Source of the DNA: Kudoa neothunni
Taxonomy: Eukaryota; Animalia; Cnidaria
Length of the DNA: 64,000 bases
Reading direction: 5' to 3'
Assembly: GCA_964304625.1 (NCBI GenBank)
Contig: OZ199838.1
Span: 1,375,158-1,439,157 of the forward strand
Part shown: positions 26,701-38,685 of the stretch, piece by piece
How positions within the stretch are numbered: the first letter of the stretch is position 1
Layout: each line of letters begins with the position of its first letter
Program-made: the position numbers and the translations under genes
Notes under the pieces: model-generated
Told to the model about the DNA's origin: nothing
The model's database searches: none
The model's input: the letters and a program-made list of their open reading frames with translations, nothing else

Positions 26701-28089
26701 TAAGTTTTGAAAGTTAATATCAAAAAGCTAATAAAAATAAAAACTATGCAGGCCACGTGATTCATTAAAATAAACACTACAAATTATCACTCAACTTTAA
26801 AAACCTCTTGTTCATAATTTGATTTCTACAATTTTTATTACTTTATTAACATAATCTTATATTTTAATTTTGTATAAAATATTTATTTAATATTTTTATC
26901 AATTATTGAGTTATTTTGTTAGTTTAAAGCGCGAAATTATTAATAAATTTTTACACGGTTTTTCACTCAACTTTGATTTTATTTTTTTATAAGATTTATT
27001 ATTTATTTAATTAATTAATTAGTGAAGTATTGAAAACTAAAGTGCAAAACCTCCATGAACAATTGGATGTGATAAATGAAAACAGAAAGGACCTTAGCAA
27101 TGAACTGACTACCTACCAAAGCAAATACAACACCCAACACGAAATCAACAAAAGTCTTCATCATGCACTTAACACCTTGAGGGTATGTTTTTATTTTATA
27201 TAACGACCAATAATTTGATGTTCATTAGAATGAATCATCTGTACAGTATCAAATGATATTGGATCAGTGTGAGATTGATAAGAAAGCTGTTGTCAAGGAT
27301 TGTGACGAGCAGATAGAGTTGTTAAAGCAGCAACTGGAATCTCAGGAGCAACTCAAAACTACCAATCAACACCTAAAAGAAGAAATTACCAAATTGACCG
27401 ATAGGATAAATGAGCTAAAATTCAGGGCTACTTCTGACACTCCCAATAATCCCTCTCAAGATTTCGACTATGACAGCACTATCATCAGAATTCTTAAGAG
27501 CACTCTTATTGCATATCATAAAGCGGATCCGCAGAAAAAGCATGAGGTTTACTCGGTTCTATGCGGTATTCTAGGAGTTTCAAAAGATGACATCAATAAC
27601 GTAGGAATTTATAATTGAGCCAATATTTTGATATCTCTGGTCTTTAGTTGCATAATTCGAGACTAGTTGAGCATCAGGAAAAATCATTTGTCAGCAACCT
27701 ACCGATTATCGGAAGACTGTGGTCCAACAACAATTCTAATCAAACTTTGGAGCTTAATCAAACATTGTACGACGACAATGTAATTCGTTTAGTTATTAAA
27801 TAAACACATTTCAATCGATTTTTAATAGACCTCTTTCACTTCTCTACTACAAAGCTATCTAGAGAAAGAAAGCAACACCCCCACTCTCCCAAGAATGTCC
27901 AACTCTGATATTGATTCACTTGTTGGAGCTATCTCTCAGGCGGTTCATCAACAACCCACTATTTCTACTACATTAACGGCAGATACCTCTCCCTCCTCGA
28001 CACAACCTGCCCAATCCTCCTCAATCTCCCCTCAATTAAATCTCTCAAATATTATCGAAGAACAAACCAACCCAACAATTGAACCATGA
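23763..28089 (+). CDS. TRIP11: Coiled-coil golgin with C-terminal GRAB/GA1 region, TRIP11/GMAP-210-like (about 9 exons, about 670 aa)
   Basis: Heptad-rich Q/E/K/L exons. ILKSTLIAYHKADPQKKHEVYSVLCGILGVSKDD resembles the GMAP-210 GRAB domain, and SFTSLLQSYLEKES resembles the GA1 motif SFSELFVKFLETES. One intron of about 1.9 kb at 25088-27021. Confidence 0.7.
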
Positions 28090-28119
28090 ACATTTATATA
28101 AATTTAATAGAGATTGTTT

Positions 28120-28706
28120 CTATGAATCAGTTGCAATTTTTGTAGCCAGTGGTTTGTCTTCCTGTAGTAATTGACTAGCTAGCGTAGCCAAAAGATTTTC
28201 CTGTTGTAGATAATGTTGTTCGTAAGTTTTCAATTGGGATTCCAACTAAATATGCCAATTTAACAAATTTCCAAATGTCCTCTACTCTACAACCAATAAC
28301 CTTGTCAATCCTTTCCAACAGATATTGTTCTTTTAAGTTGGATGCTTTTCTTTGTCTCAGATACTCCATAGAAACCAGAACAGCTCCAGTAAAAAATATA
28401 AAAAGTTCTCCAAATAACTCTGCCCCCAGTTCAATAGCTGCCGACTCGGACAATGGAGTAATTTCAACGTTTTTGCTTCCCATCATACTCAAACGAACTT
28501 TTTGTCCCATACGATGATAAGCTTAATTGAAGTTATACTTCAATATCAGAGCTTCTCAGATGAATAATACCTTGAGCTGTAGGTAAAATAAGGTTATTTC
28601 GAAGAATAGGATGTTCTTTGGTGTATGTTTTCAATCTGGAGGCTATCGGTTTAGATAATTGCCGCATGCCCATATACGCAAGTTTTCCCAAGGGCAGCGC
28701 CACCAT
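28120..28706 (-). CDS. OPA3: Optic atrophy 3 homologue (3 exons)
   Basis: MVALPLGKLAYMGMRQLSKPIASRLK...PTAQ|AYHR...ITPLSESAAIELGAELFGELFIF...EYLRQ is the typical OPA3 signature. Confidence 0.92.
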
Positions 28707-28767
28707 ATTCAATATCTATGGCTGATGTGGTGGGAAATGAGAGATTTAAAGTTCAAAATGTATTGAA

Positions 28768-28779
28768 TGCGCCTGCGCA
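28768..28779 (-). promoter_or_regulatory. NRF1-like element upstream of OPA3
   Basis: TGCGCCTGCGCA lies about 60 nt upstream of the ATG at 28706. Confidence 0.55.
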
Positions 28780-28988
28780 TACGAAATAAAAACATTTCAC
28801 TTTTTTAGTCCCCATCTAAAATATTTTCACGCGATCACTTTTCATTTTATTAAGAAACAACTTAGCCTTTATGGAAAAAATTATCCCATTTAAATTAATT
28901 GGATTGAAAAATTTTTTATTCCCCAAAAAAATTTAAAAAATCAAATATTTCACATAATAATTTCGTAAAACTTTCAGATAACAAATTT

Positions 28989-29812
28989 TTATTCGTTGTC
29001 ATCTATTATTAGGTCGAGTAGGTGACATTCGGTGGGCTCTGAAGAAATAGAGCTTGTTGGTGTTTGATTGGTACGACTGTATTCGATACATTTCTATGAG
29101 AAATATGAATTGATTTATTATCTTAGGAAGATATTTTCTAATATTTACTTCAATTTCTTTAATTTTCTTTTTTATAAATTGCTTTGTGGAACTTCTTTTG
29201 GAATATTTTATTAAATAATGGATTAATTCTAAATATCATCGATTATGAGTTATTTCGAATAATAATCTGACAAACAACCTTTTATTTCAACAGTTCGTTT
29301 GACCTTTATCACACTTTTTGATCGTGACTATGTGTGGAAGAGAAGTTTAGTCAGCAAATATTTGATTAAAATTACCTTGGTAATCGGAGGAAGATTGGAT
29401 AGAGTATTAGAGTGTAGTATAGCATTGAAGCTGAAGTAATGGCAAAAAATGTTGAGTCGTTTTCGATATTTATCGTATATTTTATTGCAAGATTCTTGGG
29501 TAAAAGATTCTATGCTGGTTACGATGGACTCAAAACATCGGAAAATAATTGTTTGCAGTTCGCAACTAGCAATGCTATGGCACTCTATTATATAGGATAC
29601 CAGGACCAATATTGCTTGATGATCTGCCTTCTTTTTCAAATATTCTAATACTTCGTCGCGAAACTCAGCCACAGTTTCCTCATTGCGTAAAATACCGTAC
29701 AGTTCTTGACTGAAGAGAAACGTCGGACTAGCGTCGAATGTCATTGATATTAAATAATCTAAAGCCGGATTTTTGGCTAGAGAATTTAAAGGTGAATTAG
29801 ACAGAAATTTCT
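28989..29812 (-). CDS. Hypothetical helical protein, weak ENTH/VHS-like N-terminal region; start uncertain
   Basis: The 138-codon ORF continues through three in-phase GT-AG introns to ...LLDLIIDDNE*. The pattern PTFLFSQELYGILRNEETVAEFRDEVLEYL...LVLVSYII only loosely resembles ENTH helices. Confidence 0.55.
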
Positions 29813-31201
29813 CTAGTTATTATTTTGGCCTTTGGCAAGCTTTTAACCCCGCCAAATCATTTGTCCTTGTGTGTGATCATTATTTGAGGTACCCTAGAAT
29901 ATGACTTGTCTTCTAAAAATTTTTTCAATAAATTTCATTAAGCTTTTTTGGGCTTGACAGAGACGATAAGTTTTAAGCTATGATCGCTTTAGAAAATTCA
30001 CATCGAGTTGTCATATGGCGACTTGACTTCACGAGGTACCTAAGTTTTGTCTAATTCAAATTTGAAGATTATATAGAAGATAAAATATAATGATGTTGAA
30101 CAAACTTCACGCTATACTTAAAAACTTTATATATCCCATTCTTTTTGCATTAAGTCGATTGGATTTGGGATCAAATGATTAATCGATCAATCTCTCTGTG
30201 TGAAGCGAACCTTTGTAACCTGTAGGGTACAGATATGCACCATAAAAATTTAATTGTTAATATCTTAATCTATGAATAGATTTTAACTATTTATTAGTAT
30301 TTCCAATATTTTATATTAGTTATGGCTACCAAAAATAGAACTTGAAATAATTCTATTTGTTTCCATATAAATAAACTGTGTCTCCAGACAAGATTACTCT
30401 TAATAATAAGGTTCTTGCGCGTAATCATGTTAAATAATAAAACTCATGATGTAAACATCAGTAAATCCTCATTTAGAAATCATGAAATATTATATTTAAC
30501 CGCAACACTTGTGACATGATTCTCACGTTAATATGTGTCACATCGTATTTACTAGCGGTGGTTAATCATCACAAATTCCATACAACCTGGTGAGATTATA
30601 AGCTCATACATTTCCAGTCCGATTGAGCTGTTAAAAAATCCACGTATAGTCCCAGTCCCTCAGGATTAAATAATATTCAGTAAATTAATATTTTTAATAC
30701 TTTTATAATCTTTAAAACAAGTAAAATTATATTTATATATCAAAAAATATAAATATGAATTATTGTATAGTAAGAGTAGTAATGTTTGGGTCAACGTTGT
30801 TATTGAGGCGAATTAGCTGAAGATACTCTCTGAACTTTACTCATTCATGTTCAATATGGTTAGCTATGACTTATAACTGAAAGGTTTCTGTTATAAGTCA
30901 TTAAAGATTCCTTAAAATACAGTATTGAATCGCTCTTTCGTAATATCGCTGGTTCGTAGTTTGATAAAATTTTAGTCTAATGCTTCATGGCGGACCTTAA
31001 ATCGTTTCAAACATAAATTTCATTAAACATAAGAAAACATAAAAGCACGTACGAATCAATAGTTGCACCTTTTCGTTTGATTATATGAATATAGTCTTAA
31101 GCTTTCGCATCCTTTTTAAGGACCAATAATAAACCAAAGACAATTTAGTTTATAGGCCATTGAATTTAAAATATGATGGAACCGGGGATTTTAATATAGA
31201 C

Positions 31202-31667
31202 TAGGGTTTCTACGCGTATTACGTCACGCGCGAGATGATATATCGTGATGGACGTGAAATGCATCCCACTCCACGCTTTCTTATCACTCCTCACTCTTTT
31301 CGGAAACCATAAACACTAGGGTATTCGAATTAGGCTAATAAACCACCGCGCTATTTATACAAAATAGACGTTTTTACGAAGAGTAATAGAAATAAAATGC
31401 TTGTTCACCTTTCAATTCTCTATAAACATGGCTTTATTTATATTAAAGAAAATTATGGAGTAATTATGATAATTTTTGGGTTGGAGAGTATATTGATATA
31501 AGGTTTTTTATTTGGAGATCTGAAGATCACAAAATTCTCATGGTTGTCTTAATCAATTCGTGTTTATGGTGTCAAAAATATTACGTTTATCATTTTAGAA
31601 TCCTCACATGTCAGGTCACATCACGCTCACGCTCTGATCATCACGTTAGCGCCTTTTAGAAACCCCA
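31202..31667. mobile_element. hAT-type MITE (466 bp)
   Basis: TIRs TAGGGTTTCTA / TAGAAACCCCA, TSD atatagac/atacagat (6/8), subterminal TCACG/CGTGA repeats at both ends. Confidence 0.65.
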
Positions 31668-32666
31668 ATACAGATCGACTTTTTTGTAATTGAGGAGAGC
31701 ATGTGACTCTCGCGTTTTTTACTATTTTTCATCTAAAATGATTCCAAAAAATCTTTGCACTCTTTACAGCCACGGCGAACCAACAAAAGTTTTTAAGATC
31801 TGTAAAGTCACATTTTTATGTATCTATGGCGATGTAATAAACATTATAATATCTATTAAAACACTCATTTCTATGATTCACTATCAAGGTATATATACTT
31901 TAACATAAATCGTGAATTAAAATATTTTTTTTATTATATTCTACTGAAAAAATAGCACAATAAAGGATTATTAACCATTCGCATACATGCATGTAAAACA
32001 TTGAAAATGTCTCCATACTCAACACGGTTCCATTTACATTTGCGTTTAAATAAAGAAACAACTTTTTTTAGTATTATTAATTTTTCTAATAACATTTTTT
32101 TTAATATTGACCCATATTGAGCATTTTTTTTGAAAATTGTCTACTAAACTAGACAATGATAATGATGATTTATTCGAAAATGTTTACATAATTAGAATAA
32201 TTCGTAGGAAATTCTATAAATAAATTTTATTCTGACGGATTGTTATTAATAACAAAATAAATCAAGTTAAATAATGGATCAAATATAATTACTACCGTTT
32301 TTTTTAATTTTAACATCAAATTTTTGTGGTAAATTTTAATATTTTGGTATAATTTTCTAATAATCTCTGCAATCTAAGATTATATAAATCCAAACATTAA
32401 ATGAAGTTGATTCTTTAGGTTTAAAAATAGACCTTATGAACTTCTTGGGGTCCATACACAACCCATATTATTTAGAAGATTAGACCAACCTTGTTTTCAT
32501 TTGCGCATGATGCACAAATTACTAACTAACCGATTTAGGTTGTTACAGCAAACTCTCGATTTTGCATAACTTGTTCGGACCACGGATACGTTACGCGATA
32601 ACAATAAATTGCGCTGAATAAAATTAATTTCCATTTTAAATTCGTTGGTTTTCTCGTTATTTTTTA

Positions 32667-35600
32667 GGCAGTGGCTATTGACACGCTAATGAATTTCTCC
32701 AAATTCTTGAATTATTTGTATCTCTGCTATTCATTAATTTTTTAATCATAATTATTCCTAAATAATTTTTAAATTTCCTGTTAAATACTCATCGTTGAAT
32801 TTTCCACATGTAAATGCTGACGTAATCAAGGAATATTGGACCGTTAAAGCATATATAAAGTTAGATAATGTTAACTATAGAAGTTATAATGCTTGAAGAT
32901 GAAAATTTATTTCAAATTTTCAAGGTTGGTTATTATCATAATGAAAAGGTAAGCGGTGTTTAGGCATCACGGACCTCATGGCTTAAAATCACTGATGTCT
33001 GCAAATTAATTTGTAATACAAACGTATAACCCAATATTTAATTTCGTTTATATATCAAATAATTTATTCTGTTTAATGTTTATTAAGTCGTATCTAACAA
33101 CTCATGACACTTCATATTGTTAGTTTTTTTTCAAATATAATTCATTAACTATCAGGTCGAATGTAAATTACTTAGCTGAAAAGAAATATTTAAGTTTTAC
33201 ACAGATAACTCCTGCGCAAACAAGTGCGATGGAGGATAACATAGGAACTGATATTTTTGAAGTGGGTAAAAAGTTTACCTCATTTAAGCATCTTGGAGAT
33301 TCCATAAAATTATACGAACAGAAGACTTACAGCAACCTAATGACGCGAGATTCCAAAAAAATTAGCAATATCAAAACGAATTCTCACTAAAACGTTCAAT
33401 GAGGATTTAATCTATTATTCAATAAAATATGTATGCTATTTTAGCAATCAGTATCGATACCGATCAAAAGGTATAAGACAATGTCAGACTTAAAAAGGAA
33501 ACTGTTCGGTCCATGTATCCTTGAGTATTAGTCCCGATGGACAAACACTTGAAGTGAAATCCTTGAATTTGGATCATAATCACGAAAGAAATGAAATTTT
33601 TTTCAGTTATTTGCCACCGCAGCGTAAATTGGATAAGAATAAAGATTTAATATCAGAGTTAGTTTTTTTGGGAGTCAACAAAAAATTGCTGCAATCTAAA
33701 ATCCAACAAGAGACCGGGAAAAAAATTACATTGAAATCAATACACAATTCCAAAATAAATATGTCGAATAAAATAAATGATATCAACTATATTCATCAAT
33801 TGTTCATCGTTGATTATAATTGTGATGTGAGAATATTGGCTGACGAAAACAATCAAGTTAATGCAATATTACTCCTGGATGATGAAATGAAGAAGGTTTT
33901 TTCTTTTTTCCCAGAGCTACTTTTAGTTGATGCAACCTACAAACTACTAGATTCACGGTAATTTTTACGAATGTTATCTTGTTTTATTTGACCTATTTTT
34001 ATTAATGTTTATCTCCTTATATTGTAGTGCTCCCCTGTATCTAACGGTTTCAGAAGATTCTATGGGTTTATCTCATGTAAGTAGTGCCTGCATTATGTAT
34101 GAGGAAACTGAAGCTGTTACCAACTGGTATATCGATGAACTAATATCAATTGTACCGTGGATAACACAATCAGTACTGTCCATTGTTACTGATAAGGATT
34201 TAAAATTTCGTAAAGTTCTGAAAAATCATTTTACTAATTCTACATTAATTCTCTGTAAATTTCATGTAATACAGACGTTCCAGCGACGATTGAGACTTGC
34301 TAAATATAAGATAAAAAATGAAGTCAAAGATAATATTTTAGATATTATTAGAAAAATGATGTTTTCGAAAAACGAAGAGCAATACCAAATCTTACTTGCT
34401 GAACTATACAATCACAAATATGAAGACTTCAACGATTATTTCAGAAAAAATTGGGACCCAATTCGGTCACAATGGATAATTTCTTTGAGTGATGCGAGAC
34501 ACTATTACGGCAACCTAACAAACAATAGATTGGCATGCCTCAACTCCAAATTAAAGACCACCATTAAAAAATTTTCTAGATTAGATGAATTCTTTGAGAA
34601 ATTTTTCACCGTTTTAAATTCTCTAAGAAGAGAAAGGACATGCCATATTGTGACATCATTTTCTTTTAAACTAATAACCAAAGAAATTAAAAAAATGGGA
34701 GATAAATTTAATGTTGGAATAGAGTATGACTCCACTTCAAATTCTTGTACGTGCCCCTTCTATCGTTCTTACCAATTGCCCTGCCAACACATATTCGCTC
34801 TGACTTAAATTATTGATGCCCATGTTCGAACCCCAACTGTGTCATTTAAGATGGAGAAAAGATCATATTTCAAAATTTATTAAAGAAAATACTAAAATAA
34901 ATACAGTAAAAACAATTTAACAGGGTCTATAGTAAAAAAGAAGAATTCGGAAAACCTCTCAACTTTTTCCAAGCGAATGAAAACCGCTAATGTGTATACA
35001 GACAAATTAGCAACAATTGCTGCGGAATATTGTGGTGAATATTTCAACTGTTGTGTGGAATATTTTCGAATCTCAGAAAGAATAATTAAAAGCCATAACC
35101 TAGTCGGTTTAAAGAAATTAATAAGTGTACATTATTATCTACTAACATAATGATTATTTTTAGAGTCAGCAAAGATTCTTGATTCATCCACAGAATGCAA
35201 TGTAGATACGGATATAGTCGAGTCACCATCCCTTTGTAAGAGTGATAACTCTTTAAACCTATTTACAGATGTTAATTATACTAAATTAGGTGAGAATGCA
35301 AGTGTCATAAAGGGCTTGTCTGAAAGTAACCACCAGCCCGAAACATGTGTAGTCTCCATATCACCAATTAAACTAAAGGAAACTCCCGAATCATCGCAGC
35401 CCCAAAATGACTCAACTGGTGACAAGTCTACAGAATGTTTGGGAATAAAAGGTTTGCATCTTCTTTTATTGTAATAATTATTATTTAGATCTTATATTGC
35501 CCAAAAAAGTAAAAGAAGTTGGGAGACCCAGAGGATACGGATTAACCGCTCTTAAATGGTCAAGAAAACGATCTATAAATTGAAAATTTATCAAAATAAA

Positions 35601-35985
35601 TAAAACAATATAATCAAATTCAGATTATCTATTCTATAATGATTATGTTGATTTACATATCAAAGCTTACTCTATTCGCAACCCAATTACATGATATTAT
35701 CAACTAAAACTTCTCTTCTGTAGTTAAAAGGAACTTATTTTATTTCAAAAAAAGTTAATATTATCTCACTTAAATGTTTAAATGCGCGTTGGAAGCTTGT
35801 ATAGTCGCATTAAGGATGGAAAATACCAAAATCTACGCTCATAGGTATAATATTAATATTCAATATTTTTTATCATAAGTTTCAAATCTTGTATGAAAAA
35901 ATGTACTAATTAATACTAGAAATTAACTAATGTAAAATATCTAATGATTGCCGAGAAATTCATTAGCGTGTCAATAGCCACTGCC
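32667..35985 (+). mobile_element. Full-length Mutator-like element (MULE)
   Basis: Perfect 33-bp TIRs GGCAGTGGCTATTGACACGCTAATGAATTTCTC at 32667-32699 and 35953-35985. Perfect 9-bp TSD TATTTTTTA. Confidence 0.95.
33229..35583 (+). pseudogene. MULE transposase (ZSWIM3/FAR1-like) with SWIM finger and AT-hook-like tail, disrupted
   Basis: FEVGKKFTSF N-terminus, HNH, LLVDATYK, VTDKD, LCKFHV, TNNRLACLN (expected catalytic E replaced by A), CTC...LPCQH and GRPRG. Introns at 33958-34027, 35125-35163 and 35452-35488. In-frame stops near 33490 and at 34806. Confidence 0.85.
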
Positions 35986-37329
35986 TATTTTTTACTATTT
36001 GGTGTCAATATTTATTATAAGTATTGTAATTAAAATTAATGTATGTTCAATCAGCAACAGAGCGTTATGGAATCACCGTCTTTTAGTTATGGCTCGAACC
36101 CTCCCCGTGACTATTCATTACATTGTAACTTTAAGTTATAACGCTCGTTTATTTCGACTTGACCTTCAATATTTCCCCTAGAACAGGCCATTTTCAATTT
36201 TTATATTAAAGCAATTTGAATATTCAAGGATTAAAATCAACAATTTAAATTACGCAATAGCAAGAACATCAATTTTTCCTCGTTTCCCCATTTTTACATC
36301 TTATATAGAATTTAACCATCATAAATATATTTCTAGCTTTATACATTAATATTTTCTTCATGATCATGAAAAACATTTCAAAAAATGTGCTAAAATATAC
36401 CGAATTACGCAATATCAAGTGTTTACTGTAGTTCGTATCATTTGGGTGGTTCCCAAGAGACAACGAATGATTAGTCCGCTACTGTATTTAGGTCATTGTT
36501 TTGACTATAATGCAAAAAATAGTAAAAAATTAAAATTCATCAATAAAAAAACGAGAAATGAAAATTTTCACTCATCAACCCTCCTCCGATGCCTGAACGT
36601 GAACAGAGTGTCCACTATGGTGGTTTTCATAAAATATAATATCCTATTTAAATTATCTTAATATTTATATTTCTTGTATTTTATTTCAATGGAATTTAAA
36701 TTTCATATATTAAATTCTAACTAATTTTTTGAAGTCTAAGATATATAAATCGTGGATTTAAAAGAAATGTTCCGCGCGTGCTTGGAGGGTGGACACATTA
36801 TCCAACAAAATGCGTTTTAAATTTACTTTTCTAATAAAAGTTTTATAATATTGATATTTTACGTACCGATTTTGAAATATATTTTTTTATATTTCTAATC
36901 AAAGTGAGCCAGGTTAAAATGAGTTATAGTTGCACAAATTCTAAAAGGAATGTTCACTTCCAATCGTTTAAGAGGGAGACAATCCTGTATATCCCGATGA
37001 TTGTTCAGATTATGCTTCAAAAAATTTCATAATAATGAGGTTTTAATAAATTGAACTAGCAAAGGAACTTTATTTTAATTTTTTTCTTATTTGAGTCCAA
37101 GTATCAAATTTATGTGTATTCATTTGTAGACAAGATATGTCTACGAATGATCGTGAACTGTCCGATTAGCTAATCAATCACGGAGTTATCTTAGTTTTTA
37201 TATTTTCCCAGAAGTTTCTAATATATTCTCAAATTTATCGATACGTCTATGCTATTCTCCATTTTCTGGAATATTCTACGTCATTTTTTGGATAAAACGT
37301 GATTTTCGTAGTAGGTCGTCAGCCTAACA

Positions 37330-38500
37330 ATAAATAATGGCGAAGATTTAATGTTTATTTCATCAGAAGATTCTGATATAAGTTGATCCGAAAATATTGA
37401 GCAAATAGACACAATTATTGATAGGCCCATTAACAATGAGGACGATAACCCTGATTTTGACAGCTATATAGAAATCGAGGACTAATCAAACGTCATTGCT
37501 GCGGATGCGGAGAGGGCGGACAATGACATGTAATATTCTCAGCCAATTCGAATCGAAAGGCAAACAAGTTCTTTGAATATATTTTATGTAAAGTAAGGTT
37601 TTACATCAGTGATTTCCAACCGAGGATTCAACCGAAATCTTTGATTTCAGTGAGCAAGTGTCATGAGTTTGACGGAAGTGAAAATTTCTTACTGTCCGTT
37701 CTGCGTAAAGTTTTTATCAGATCCAAGGATATTATATGGAAGTTTCCTATTTTCATTTAACTACAAAGATTGCCAGAAGATTAAGAAATTATTACAAAAA
37801 ACTAACTTTTTTATTCAAATCATTTTTTAAACCGAAGAATTAATGAAAAGTTTTTTCTGTGAAAACTATTCCAAATTTATATAGCACATATAAGTATATA
37901 ATTAATTTTAAATGTACACTTATTAATTCACGTATAAATATTTATTATTCATAATAATTATTTCGAATCAAAATATATTTTTTATCTGAGGACTTCACTG
38001 GGTAATCATAAAAAGACACGGGGCAAAAATTTATTATCCTAAAAAATTGGGGTGGTTGGATAAGATAAGATAGAAAATGTTGAGATTCACTGTTCTAGAC
38101 GCTGGATAATAGCTGTATTATACAACATAACAGGCGCGGCAGCACACAATGCATTTCCAATTGCATGGGACTAGGACCCTCAATTTTTTAGTTAATAAAA
38201 GTCTCGATGCAAAAGATAATTCTACAACAAGCTGTCAGTTGAACATTTAGAGGAATTTAAAACAATTATACAAAATAACAATGAAAAGAAAGACGATGGA
38301 CCCAGAAAATTCGGACATTATGGTGTTTCTAACAGATCTCCCAATAAACGATGCCGGACAAACTGCAGTACGTGCGATCAATCCACTTGTGATAAACGAA
38401 AAATAAAGTTTATAATGTGTAAAACATATTTTCACTAAATGATTCATTGTTCATTTATATATTTCAATGTTTTTTTCTCAGGTATCGGACGGTTAGTTAA
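37330..38500 (+). mobile_element. Highly decayed piggyBac-like remnants
   Basis: Acidic N-terminal-like stretch at about 37340-37490 and Cys-rich RCRTNCSTCDQSTCDKR...MCK at about 38350-38420. Confidence 0.4.
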
Positions 38501-38685
38501 TATACAATTAAAACATAATATTTTCCAATTTTACAAATAACCACAAATATAAAAAATCTCACATACCATTTAACAAAAGAAATTTCGTGCAAGTAACTGA
38601 CAATCTCATTAAAATATAATACAAACAAGAAACAAAAAATCGTTAATATAAAGTTATTGGGAAAGCAGATGATTAATAATAGCTT

